Assembly: GCA_965221125.1 (NCBI GenBank)
Contig: CBDCRW010000007.1
Coordinates: forward strand, 288,001 to 352,000
Length of the DNA stretch: 64,000 nt
Origin: Alphaproteobacteria bacterium
GTDB lineage: Bacteria; Pseudomonadota; Alphaproteobacteria; UBA828
Reading direction: 5' to 3'
Shown here piece after piece: positions 29,377-38,257 of this stretch (the stretch's first letter is position 1; each line of letters begins with the position of its first letter). The notes under the pieces are model-generated. The model did no database searches, was not told the DNA's origin, and saw only the letters and a list, made by a program, of their open reading frames with translations. The translations under genes and the position numbers were made by a program.

Positions 29377-29787
29377 ATGGCGACGGTCGCGATGGTGGAG
29401 TACGACGACGCCACGCCGGAGGTCCGCGCGGTCTATGACGACATCATGGAGACCCGCAAGACCGACTGGATCAACAACTTCTGGAAGGTGCTGGCCAACG
29501 ATCCGCCGACCCTGAGGCGGACCTGGGAAAGCATCAAGCAGGTGATGGCGCCCGGCGCGCTCGACCCGCTGACCAAGGAGCTGATCTACGTCGCGGTCAG
29601 CGCCACCAACGGCTGCGAGTACTGCATCCGCTCCCACACCGCAGGCGCGCGGCGGCAGGGGATGACCGACGCCATGCTGGTCGAGTTGATGGCGGTGGTC
29701 GGCATGGCGAACGAGACCAATGCGCTCGCCAACGGCTACGCCGTCGATGTCGATGCTGCGTTCATGCGCGAGCCCGAGCGGAACTGA
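29377..29787 (+). CDS. Carboxymuconolactone decarboxylase/AhpD-like protein
   Basis: KELIYVAVSATNGCEYCIRSH. Confidence 0.88.
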   Translation: MATVAMVEYDDATPEVRAVYDDIMETRKTDWINNFWKVLANDPPTLRRTWESIKQVMAPGALDPLTKELIYVAVSATNGCEYCIRSHTAGARRQGMTDAMLVELMAVVGMANETNALANGYAVDVDAAFMREPERN

Positions 29788-29823
29788 ACGCGATTCGAAC
29801 CGGGGCGCCCCGCGGGCCGGTGC

Positions 29824-30351
29824 TCAACTGGCGACGGCGTCGCCCTCCAGGTAGCGCTTGGGCCAGGCGATGCCCTGCCAGGTCTGGATGCGCACCGGGT
29901 CGAGGCGGATCAGCCAGCGCTTCCAGCTCATGGTGGGCTCCAGGTAGCTCGGGCCGTTCTCGCCGTAATAGCGGATCGACATGGTGCGGGCGACCTCTAC
30001 CCAGCGCCCGCCCACGCAGGGCCGCTCCACGATCGCCGCCTCGCACTGCGCGAGGAAGCGGCGCTGCACGCCGGCATCCGTCTCCTCGTCGGCGGCCGAC
30101 GATTCGTCGATGGTGACGGCGCAGCGGGGCCGGGCCTCCAGGTGGTGCGCCCAGGCCGAGCGCGCGCGCGGCACGACCCAGAGCGCGGAGCCGTCCCACT
30201 GGTACCAGCAGGGCACGACGTAGGGCCACGCGTTCTCGTCGAGGCAGGCGACGCGGGCGAGGAAGGGTTCTTCCAGAAAGGCGTCCACCTCGTCCGCGCT
30301 CATCCTGCCGATCTTGCCGCGCCAGCTCTCGTCGCTCTCGTTCGCGCTCAT
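29824..30351 (-). CDS. Pyridoxamine 5'-phosphate oxidase-like split-barrel protein
   Basis: EVDAFL...ARVAC...PYVVP.WY, PR..VTID. RBS GAGGAGG. Confidence 0.75.
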   Translation of the reverse strand: MSANESDESWRGKIGRMSADEVDAFLEEPFLARVACLDENAWPYVVPCWYQWDGSALWVVPRARSAWAHHLEARPRCAVTIDESSAADEETDAGVQRRFLAQCEAAIVERPCVGGRWVEVARTMSIRYYGENGPSYLEPTMSWKRWLIRLDPVRIQTWQGIAWPKRYLEGDAVAS

Positions 30352-30373
30352 CGCATCCTCCTCGTCCGCCGGG

Positions 30374-31402
30374 CTAGCTCCCGTCTTCCGCATCGGCGCC
30401 GAGGTGGAACAGGCAGTCGCCGCGCTCCACCCGCCCCGGCACGCGCTTGCAGACCACGAGTCCCGTCTCGTCGAAGCGAACCTCGGTCGGCTCCCGCCAC
30501 GGCGTCTCCGGCGTGTGGATCAGGCCCGCGAGCTGGCCCTTCTCCACCTCGTCGCCGAGCTCGACCACGGGCTCGAACAGGCCGTCCTCGCTGGCGTAGG
30601 TGAAGAATTCCCACGATTCGGCGGTGAGCAGGCGGGGTGCTGCCGCCGGCTCCTCGTCGTCGTCCACCGGGCCGTGCCAGACGCCGACGTGGCGGAGCAC
30701 GCGGCGCACGCCCGCCTCGCAGATGCGCAGGCACTCGGGCGTGACCGTGCCGCTGCCCCCCATCTCGGTCCCGAAGGCGACCACGCCGCGGGCGATCGCC
30801 GCCCGCATGTTGGTGCCGCCCACGCCGCGCACCGCGGGGAAGAGGAAGCCGTAGGGCGCGCCGAAGACCCGGCCCAGCTCGATGATCCTGGCCTGCAGGT
30901 CGGCCGGCATCGCCGAATCGCGCAGCACCAGGGAGGGCAGGTACATGAGCGAGCTGCCGCCGGAATGGAGATCCATCATGTAGTCCGCGCGCGGCGTGAG
31001 CTCGCTGTCGATGTAGTGCGCGAGCATCTCGGTCGGCCTGCCGTCGTGCTTGCCGGGGAACACGCGGTTCAGGTTCAGCTCGTCGATGGGCGAGGTCCTG
31101 AGCCCCGCCTTCGCGGCCGGGTAGTTGGCCATGGGCAGGATGATGATGCGGCCCGTGACGTCGGCAGGCTCCAGGGTGCGGATCAGCCTGGTGAGCGTCA
31201 CCTGCCCCTCGTACTCGTCGCCGTGCACGCCGGACGTGAGCAGCACCGTCGGCCCATCGCCGTTCCTGATGCAGACGAGCGGCACCGGCAGCCAGCCGTA
31301 GGCCGAGCGGTGGACGGAGTGCGGCAGGCGCAGGTGGTCGCACTGCTTGCCGTCGCGGTCGAAATCGATCTGCGTACTCAGCCGCGTGGCCGTCTCTTCC
31401 AT
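30374..31402 (-). CDS. Succinylglutamate desuccinylase/aspartoacylase family deacylase (DoeB-like)
   Basis: GVHGDEYEG, NLNRVFPG, DLHSGG, TEMGG. Confidence 0.88.
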   Translation of the reverse strand: MEETATRLSTQIDFDRDGKQCDHLRLPHSVHRSAYGWLPVPLVCIRNGDGPTVLLTSGVHGDEYEGQVTLTRLIRTLEPADVTGRIIILPMANYPAAKAGLRTSPIDELNLNRVFPGKHDGRPTEMLAHYIDSELTPRADYMMDLHSGGSSLMYLPSLVLRDSAMPADLQARIIELGRVFGAPYGFLFPAVRGVGGTNMRAAIARGVVAFGTEMGGSGTVTPECLRICEAGVRRVLRHVGVWHGPVDDDEEPAAAPRLLTAESWEFFTYASEDGLFEPVVELGDEVEKGQLAGLIHTPETPWREPTEVRFDETGLVVCKRVPGRVERGDCLFHLGADAEDGS

Positions 31403-31544
31403 GGTGCCGCTCCCCGATTGCTCCTGTCGGCGGCCAGTCTGCCCGCTCCGGGGCGCCGGCGGCAATGGCTGCGCGCGCCTCGCGGTTTGACGCGGGGCGC
31501 CGGCGCCGCCAGTCTCCCGCACGAAGCCAGACGGGAGGAACGGC

Positions 31545-31868
31545 ATGGCACTCTACGAGATGAGGACGTACACGATACAGGTTGGCAAGCTCCCCGAGGT
31601 CGTCGGGCACTATCGCGACGAAGGCTGGCCGGTGCTGGAGAGCGAAGGTTTTGGCGCCAATCTGGTCGGCTATTTCGTTGCCGACACGGGCACCATCAAC
31701 CGGCTGGTGCATATCTGGAAGTTCGACGACGATGCCGCGCGCCGGGCGCACTGGACGCGGCTCTTCCAGAGCGAGGCGTTCATGCAATTCGCCGGCAAGG
31801 TCCGCCCGTCGGTGCTGACGCAGGAGGTCGTTCTGCTGAACGAGGCTCCCTTCGGCCCGCACCCCTAG
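31545..31868 (+). CDS. NIPSNAP family protein
   Basis: YEMRTY, G.INRLVHIW. Confidence 0.85.
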   Translation: MALYEMRTYTIQVGKLPEVVGHYRDEGWPVLESEGFGANLVGYFVADTGTINRLVHIWKFDDDAARRAHWTRLFQSEAFMQFAGKVRPSVLTQEVVLLNEAPFGPHP

Positions 31869-31897
31869 ATCGTTTCCGTGTTGCACGGAAACGATCT
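31867..31897. terminator. Perfect 14-bp hairpin between convergent genes
   Basis: AGATCGTTTCCGTG-TTG-CACGGAAACGATCT. Confidence 0.6.
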
Positions 31898-32051
31898 GAG
31901 TCTTTATCGCTCACGGCAATCGGCCTTCGGCCGATGCCTGCGCGAGCGCGCCGCATGCGCGGCGGGCCGCGGTCGCGGCCTGTCGCGCGTCCGTCATTGA
32001 CGGACGCGCTCCAGGATACTCGGCCAGCGGTAAGGGACCGGGCGAGGCAGC

Positions 32052-32876
32052 CTACTTCTTCATCTTGGCGAGGATGCTCTCGACGCGCTCCAGCGCGGCG
32101 CGGGCGCTCGCCGCCTCCTCGCGCACGGACCTGAGGGTCGCCTCGTCCTCGTCTTCTTCGCCCTTCACCGGAGTCACCTCCAGGCGCGCGTCGTGCAGGT
32201 TGTTGATCACGACCGCGATCACGAGGTTGATCATGATGACGGCCGCCAGCATCACGAAGCTGACGAAGAAGAGCCACGCCATGGGATGAAGCTCCATGGC
32301 GACGTACATGATGTCCGTCCAGTCCTCCAGCGTCATCACGCGGAAGAGCGAGAGCAGCGCGATGCCGAGGTTGCGCCAATGGATCGGGTCGTGGTCGCGG
32401 AAGAGGTGCACGCCCGCGATCGCATAGACGTAGAAGACGGCGGACAGCAACAGCATCACGTGGCCCAGCCCCGGGAGCGAGCGGACCAGGGTGGAGATGA
32501 TGACCCGGAGCTGCGGCACCACCGTCACCACGCGCAGCACCCGCAACAAGCGTGCAAGGCGCGCGATGAGGGCGAACTCCCCGGCTTCCGGCAGGAGGGC
32601 GAGGACCAGGATGGCGAAGTCGAAGAGGTTCCATCCGTCCCTGAAGTAGCGCTCGAAGCGGGGCGCCACGGCGGTGAGCTTGATCGCAGCCTCGATCACG
32701 AAGACGGCGAGCGCCACGTGGAAGGCCCAGCGGATGGCGTGGCCCCACTCCGCGTGCATCGTCTGGCTCGTTTCCACGCCGAGGCCCAAAGCGGTGATCA
32801 GGATCATCGCGATGATCAGGCCGTTGAAGGCCGGCGCGTCCACGATGCGCGCGCACGTCCGTCTCAGTCCATTCAT
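32052..32876 (-). CDS. Bacterial voltage-gated cation channel (BacNav-like)
   Basis: WNLFDF, S4 RLARLLRVLR, pore TLEDWTD, S6 INLVIAVVINN, C-terminal coiled coil. Confidence 0.9.
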   Translation of the reverse strand: MNGLRRTCARIVDAPAFNGLIIAMILITALGLGVETSQTMHAEWGHAIRWAFHVALAVFVIEAAIKLTAVAPRFERYFRDGWNLFDFAILVLALLPEAGEFALIARLARLLRVLRVVTVVPQLRVIISTLVRSLPGLGHVMLLLSAVFYVYAIAGVHLFRDHDPIHWRNLGIALLSLFRVMTLEDWTDIMYVAMELHPMAWLFFVSFVMLAAVIMINLVIAVVINNLHDARLEVTPVKGEEDEDEATLRSVREEAASARAALERVESILAKMKK

Positions 32877-33188
32877 GTGGAACGCTCCCGTGATCGCTGC
32901 CGGCATCGCCTGCCGGCCGCTGGCACAGCGCCGGGTGCGGAACGCCGCGCGCAAGTATTGTGCTGCCCGATCCCGCGTCAACGGGGGAGTGCGCGCGGGC
33001 GTTCCTCTCGCGCGGCACGGCCGCCCGCGCCGGTCAACCGGCGTGGCCGCGAAGGCGGGTTTGAACTATTGTTTTGGGGGATATGCATCAATGGCTTTAT
33101 GGGGTAAGCCAATCTCTTGCAGGGGACAGGTCCGTCGAGCAGGGAATCTTCGGATTGATGCGCCTGCCCGTCGCAGAAAGGGGACTCT

Positions 33189-35750
33189 GTGATGAAAACC
33201 GCGACACTACTCACCGCGACATCGAAGATTGTTTGTGCCGGCCTGCTCATGCTCGCCGGCGTTCTTTTCAGCGCCCACTACGCCTCGGCGCAGACGGACG
33301 AGACGTGTCCGCTTCCCGCCGGCGTGGCTCCCGTTGAACCCCCGGATGTGACGGCGGAGCAGGTGGAGAACGGCACCGGCAGCCTGATGGATTTCGCGCT
33401 CAGCGCGCGCGATCGTCTTCGGGAACAGGCCCAACAGGCCGTAACCGCAGGATCATCTCAATACTTCGCATGTCTCATCAGACAGGACGAGAGCGCCTGG
33501 CGTTCCGGTTCCACCTATCTCGTGACCCTGACGCCCGACGGCCGGGTGTACATCCACGCGAAGGACATGTCCTTGTCCGGCGCGAAGCTCCGGCCTGCGA
33601 TCTACACGACGATCCTTCAAGCGTTGGGAATCGACCCTGCCGTCCTGGGAGACCCCGTCGCGACCCGGGCTGCGTTCGCCGCAGCCGAAGCGAACAGCCG
33701 CTCGTTCGATATACCAGGTATCCCCGGCGCTTCGGGCTACGCGAGCACCTATACCTCGCTCAGATTCAGGAATCCCGCCATTCTGCTCGCAGGATTCGAT
33801 CTGAACGCAACACACCTGGCTGACGAACAGATCGATTACGGCGACCCGGCGGTTACTGCCGCGGATGTGGTGGACCGAGCGACCCTGAAGGCCTTCGTCA
33901 CGGAAGCGGGAAACTACTTCATGGGGCTTGTGAAGACCGGCAATCAAGCCACTGTCTCGCAGGCCAGGATCGCCATGCGCGATCCCGACGGGCCGTGGCG
34001 GCATGGTTCCGTGTACCTCTACATCTGGAATTTGACCAGCCAGCTGATCCTGTTTCACGCCGGGTTCCCGGAAAGGTACGAGTTGACGCCTCTGTATCCG
34101 CCGCGCGCCCATGACGCCGTGACCGGAGAGCCAATTCTGCCGCAGCTAGTCGAGGCGACGAAACGCGGCCCTGAGGGCGGCTTCGTGGAATACCATTTCG
34201 ACGATCCCAACGACGACAACGATAGCGCCGACATCCCCAAGGTGGGCTATGTCCGCACGTTCTCCGACCAAGTCCAGAGGGCGGATGGAAGCACTGCGCA
34301 GATCTCTTTCGTCGTCGGCTCGGGCTTCTACAGGACCGCATCCCAGGAGGTCGCGGCGGGCCGGAACACGGTCGTCCAGTCGGTGCTGCCCCAGGTCGTC
34401 CGCGCCATGACCGCCGGCACGGTCGATGCCGTTTCCAGCCGCATCCAGCGCGCATCATCCGGCGCCGCGCCCGATGCCAGCCTCAGCTTCGGCGGCGCCA
34501 CGACGCTCTCCGACGCCATCGTGGCCAACGGCCCGGCGCTGCAGAACGGCACGTTCGACCTCGCGCGCCTGCTCGAGGGCTCGTCCTTCACCGTGGCGCT
34601 GGGCGCCGCGGATGGCGGGAGCAGCGGCCCGTTCGGCGACCTGACCTTCTGGGGAAGCGGCGACTACCGCAGCCTCTCGGGCGGCAACGCGCAGTCCGTG
34701 AGCTACGACGGCACCGTGACGAGCGCCAACCTCGGGATCGATACCAGGCTGAGCGCGGACGTGCTGGCCGGCGTGTCGCTCACGTCGTCGCAAGGGGCGG
34801 TGGATTACACGGACCTCAACGCGCAGGAGGGCGAGTTCTCGGCCTCGCTCACGAGCGTCAACCCCTACATCGGCTGGGGGTCGCCCGGCGGCATGACTCT
34901 GTGGGCCATGGCCGGCTACGGCACGGGCGAGGTGGAGATCGACGACGCGGTGGGCACGGAGGCGAGCGACCTGACGCAACAGACGTTCGCGGCGGGCGCG
35001 AGCGGGTCGCTGCTCTCCAGCGACGAGTTTCTCGATGGCGGGACCACCAGCCTGCTGTTGAAGGCCGAGGCAGCCTTCACGAAGGCCGAGGTCGATGGCT
35101 CGGAGACGCTGGCGCGCACGACGGTCAACGTCAGCCGGCAGCGGCTCATGCTCGAAGGGGTGTACGACCGGAAGCTCGCCTCGGGCGCGACGCTCTCGCC
35201 CTCGCTTGAGCTCGGCATACGGAACGACGGCGGGGACGGCGAGACCGGCGGCGGTGTGGAGACCGGCGGCGGTCTGCGCTACTCCGACCCGGCGTCGGGG
35301 CTGACCATCGAAGGCCGGGCCCGGACGCTCCTGTCGCACGGTGGCGACCACGAGGAGTGGGGCGTGAGCGGACTGGTGCGGATCGATCCCGGCGCGTCGG
35401 GCCAGGGGCTCGCGTTCAGCCTGCGGCCGGCGTGGGGCGAGACGGCCGGCGGCGTGCGGCGGTTGTGGGGGAGCGACGTGACCGCCCTGGGGGCGGCAGC
35501 GGCCGAGCACGGGGCCGGGCGCCTGAGCGCGCGGCTCGCCTACGGCATCGGCGACACGTGGGGTGCCGAGGGCGTGCTCACGCCCTATACCGACGTGTCG
35601 CTCTCCGACGCGGGCTCGCGGCGTCTCGGCCTCGGCGGCCGTTACGACATAGGGCCCTGGGTCGGGATGAGCCTCGAAGGCGTGCACGGCCGGCCGGCGC
35701 AGGGTGCCGCCGATCACAGCGTGATGCTTCGCGCCGACCTGCGCTGGTAG
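33189..35750 (+). CDS. Autotransporter-like outer-membrane protein with Cache-like passenger domains
   Basis: Signal peptide. Two repeats (WRSGSTYL.../WRHGSVYLY...FH...GGFVEYHFDDP...KVGY...GSGFY). C-terminal beta-barrel (WGSGDY, PYIGW, GGGLRY) ending in Trp. Confidence 0.75.
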   Translation: MMKTATLLTATSKIVCAGLLMLAGVLFSAHYASAQTDETCPLPAGVAPVEPPDVTAEQVENGTGSLMDFALSARDRLREQAQQAVTAGSSQYFACLIRQDESAWRSGSTYLVTLTPDGRVYIHAKDMSLSGAKLRPAIYTTILQALGIDPAVLGDPVATRAAFAAAEANSRSFDIPGIPGASGYASTYTSLRFRNPAILLAGFDLNATHLADEQIDYGDPAVTAADVVDRATLKAFVTEAGNYFMGLVKTGNQATVSQARIAMRDPDGPWRHGSVYLYIWNLTSQLILFHAGFPERYELTPLYPPRAHDAVTGEPILPQLVEATKRGPEGGFVEYHFDDPNDDNDSADIPKVGYVRTFSDQVQRADGSTAQISFVVGSGFYRTASQEVAAGRNTVVQSVLPQVVRAMTAGTVDAVSSRIQRASSGAAPDASLSFGGATTLSDAIVANGPALQNGTFDLARLLEGSSFTVALGAADGGSSGPFGDLTFWGSGDYRSLSGGNAQSVSYDGTVTSANLGIDTRLSADVLAGVSLTSSQGAVDYTDLNAQEGEFSASLTSVNPYIGWGSPGGMTLWAMAGYGTGEVEIDDAVGTEASDLTQQTFAAGASGSLLSSDEFLDGGTTSLLLKAEAAFTKAEVDGSETLARTTVNVSRQRLMLEGVYDRKLASGATLSPSLELGIRNDGGDGETGGGVETGGGLRYSDPASGLTIEGRARTLLSHGGDHEEWGVSGLVRIDPGASGQGLAFSLRPAWGETAGGVRRLWGSDVTALGAAAAEHGAGRLSARLAYGIGDTWGAEGVLTPYTDVSLSDAGSRRLGLGGRYDIGPWVGMSLEGVHGRPAQGAADHSVMLRADLRW

Positions 35751-35854
35751 CGCCGCAGGGCATCCGCCCGCGGCAACGAGCGGCCATTCCTTGTTGCGGG
35801 CCGGGGCGCTAGGGGCATAATCCGGGCGCTCCCGCCTCCGCACGAGGGATTCGC

Positions 35855-36331
35855 GTGCGCCACGCGCTCACTCTCTTCGCCGGTCTTTACGGGCTCTGGC
35901 TCGGACTGTCCGGTCACTACACGCCCTTCCTGCTCGCGATCGGCGCCGCCTGCACGGCGTTCGTGGTGGCGGTGGCGATGCGCATGGACGTGGTGGACCA
36001 CGAGGGGCACCCCATCCACCTCGGCTATCGCATTCCTCTCTACTGGAGCTGGCTGACGATCCAGATACTGCTCTCGGCGCTGACGGTCACCCGCATCGTG
36101 CTGTCGCCGCGGCTCCGCATCGACCCGGTGCTGGAGACCGTGCCGTCGAGCCAGAAGTCGGACCTCGGCCGGGTGATCTTCGCCAACTCCATCACGCTGA
36201 CGCCCGGCACGCTGTCCACAGCCGTGACCGCCGACGGCATCGAGGTCCACGCGCTCACCCGGCGCGGCATGGAGGAGCTGAAGGCGGGCGGAATGGACCG
36301 GCGCGTCACCGCGGTGGAGGGCGAGTCATGA
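35855..36331 (+). CDS. mnhE: Mrp/Mnh Na+/H+ antiporter subunit E
   Basis: ANSITLTPGT, VHAL. Confidence 0.9.
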   Translation: MRHALTLFAGLYGLWLGLSGHYTPFLLAIGAACTAFVVAVAMRMDVVDHEGHPIHLGYRIPLYWSWLTIQILLSALTVTRIVLSPRLRIDPVLETVPSSQKSDLGRVIFANSITLTPGTLSTAVTADGIEVHALTRRGMEELKAGGMDRRVTAVEGES

Positions 36332-36630
36332 TGGCCCTCGCCGCCGTTGCCGCGCTCGTGGTGACCGTGCTCCTCGCGCTGATCCGCGCCTACCTGGGGC
36401 CGACGGTCTACGACCGCGTGGTCGCCGTGAACGCCATTGGGACCATGGCCGTGCTGCTGATCGCGGCTGTCGGTTTCCTCATGGGCCGCCCGGAATTCCT
36501 GGATATCGCGCTGGTCTACGCGCTCATCAACTTCATCGGCACCATCGCGGTGCTCCGCTACATCAAGCGCCGGCGCGCGCGGGAAGCGGAGGGCGCGGAA
36601 GGCGCGGAAGGCACGGAGGGCGCGCCGTGA
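36328..36630 (+). CDS. mnhF: Mrp/Mnh antiporter subunit F
   Basis: GPTVYDRV, DIALVYALINFIGT. Confidence 0.9.
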   Translation: MMALAAVAALVVTVLLALIRAYLGPTVYDRVVAVNAIGTMAVLLIAAVGFLMGRPEFLDIALVYALINFIGTIAVLRYIKRRRAREAEGAEGAEGTEGAP

Positions 36631-36944
36631 TCGTCGACATCCTGAGCTGGATCAGCATCGGCATCGGCGCCGCGTTCATCCTGGTGGGCGGGCTCGGGCT
36701 GGTCCGCATGCCGGACGTGTTCACCCGGCTCCATGCGTCGAGCGTGGCGGATACCGCCGGCGCGGGCTTCATCCTGCTCGGCTTCATGTTTCAGGCCGGG
36801 CTCTCGCTGACCGCGCTCAAGCTCGTGCTGATCTTCGTCTTCCTGGTGTTCACCGCGCCGACCGCAACGCACGCGCTGGCCCAGGCGGCGCTGCTCGACG
36901 GGGTCCGGCCGTGGACCCGCAAGCCGAAGGACCCCGCGCCATAG
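36627..36944 (+). CDS. mnhG: Mrp/Mnh antiporter subunit G
   Basis: RMPDVFTRLHA, TAPTATHALA. Confidence 0.9.
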   Translation: MIVDILSWISIGIGAAFILVGGLGLVRMPDVFTRLHASSVADTAGAGFILLGFMFQAGLSLTALKLVLIFVFLVFTAPTATHALAQAALLDGVRPWTRKPKDPAP

Positions 36945-37495
36945 ACATCTACGTCGATATCCTGCTCCTGGTCCTGCTGGTCGCGGCCGCGCTCGTCGTG
37001 GTCACGCTGCGGAACCTGCTGGCGGCCGCGCTGGTGCTCGGCATCTACAGCCTGATCATGGCGGTGCTCTGGGTCGTGCTCGATGCCGTCGACGTGGCCT
37101 TTACCGAGGCCGCCGTCGGCGCCGGCGTCACCACCGTCTTCATGCTGCTCGCCATCGCCGCCACCGGCCGGCACGAGAAGATCGCGCACCGCAGGCCCTG
37201 GCTCCCGATCCTGGCCTCGCTCGCCGTGGGCGGGCTGCTGGTCTACGGCACGCTCGACCTGCCGGCCTTCGGCGACCCGCAAGCGCCGGCGCAACAGCAC
37301 GTGGCACCGCATTACCTGGCGCAAGGCGAGGCGGAGACCGGCGTGCCCAACATCGTGACCGCGGTGCTGGCCTCCTACCGGGGCTTCGACACGCTCGGCG
37401 AGGTCACGGTGATCTTCACGGCGGGGATCGGCGTGCTGCTGATGCTGGGCATCGTCCGCCGCCGCCGCCGGGATGGCGCGGAGGACCGCGAATGA
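36911..37495 (+). CDS. DUF4040/MnhB-like antiporter subunit (start uncertain: GTG 36911 or ATA 36941)
   Basis: AVDVAFTEAAVGAG, PNIVTAVLASYRGFDTLGE. Confidence 0.85.
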   Translation: MDPQAEGPRAIDIYVDILLLVLLVAAALVVVTLRNLLAAALVLGIYSLIMAVLWVVLDAVDVAFTEAAVGAGVTTVFMLLAIAATGRHEKIAHRRPWLPILASLAVGGLLVYGTLDLPAFGDPQAPAQQHVAPHYLAQGEAETGVPNIVTAVLASYRGFDTLGEVTVIFTAGIGVLLMLGIVRRRRRDGAEDRE

Positions 37496-37905
37496 CCGAG
37501 CATCTGGTCCTGCGCGTGGTCTCGAAGCTGCTGATCCCGCCGATCCTGCTGTTCGCGCTCTACGTGCAGATGCACGGCGACTACGGGCCGGGCGGCGGCT
37601 TTCAGGCCGGCGTGATCTTCGCAGCGGGCCTCATTCTCTATGGCCTCGTGTTCGGGACCGAGGCGGTGCGCAGCGTCGCACCCCCGCGCCTGCTGGTCGT
37701 CATCGCCTGCCTCGGCGTGCTGCTCTACGCGGGCGTGGGCGTCGCCAACATGATCGCCGGCGGCGCATTCCTCGAATACGGCGCGCTCTCCGCCGACGCG
37801 ACCCACGGCAACCACATCGGCATCATCATCATCGAGATCGGCGTGGGCGTCGCGGTGGCCGCCGTCATGACCGTCATCTTCACCGCCCTTGCCGAGTGGC
37901 GCTGA
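37492..37905 (+). CDS. mnhB: Mrp/Mnh antiporter subunit B
   Basis: HGDYGPGGGFQAG. Confidence 0.9.
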   Translation: MTEHLVLRVVSKLLIPPILLFALYVQMHGDYGPGGGFQAGVIFAAGLILYGLVFGTEAVRSVAPPRLLVVIACLGVLLYAGVGVANMIAGGAFLEYGALSADATHGNHIGIIIIEIGVGVAVAAVMTVIFTALAEWR

Positions 37906-37906
37906 G

Positions 37907-38257
37907 GTGGACGCTCTCGCCCACGCCAACTACTGGGCCGCGATCGTGCTGGCGATGATCGGGCTTTACGCCATCATTGCGCCCTCCAACCTCATCAAGA
38001 AGCTGATCGGCCTGGGGATGTTCCAGACCGCGATCTTCCTGTTCTACATCACGTTCGGGAAGGTCGAGGGCGGCACCGCGCCGATCATCGACGCCGCCTA
38101 CTCGGTCTACTCCAACCCGCTGCCCCACGTGCTGATCCTGACGGCGATCGTCGTGGCCGTGTCTACGCTTGCGGTCGGGCTCGCGCTCACCGTCGCGATC
38201 AAGCGCGCCTACGGGACCGTCGAAGAGGACGAGATCGACGAGCAGGATCGGCGATGA
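37907..38257 (+). CDS. mnhC: Mrp/Mnh antiporter subunit C
   Basis: NLIKKLIGL, NPLPHVLILTAIVV. Confidence 0.9.
   Translation: MDALAHANYWAAIVLAMIGLYAIIAPSNLIKKLIGLGMFQTAIFLFYITFGKVEGGTAPIIDAAYSVYSNPLPHVLILTAIVVAVSTLAVGLALTVAIKRAYGTVEEDEIDEQDRR

Noticed and set aside
36581-36625. 9-bp tandem repeats encoding AEGAEGAEGTEG
   Set aside because: In-frame low-complexity tail of MnhF, not a phase-variation tract.
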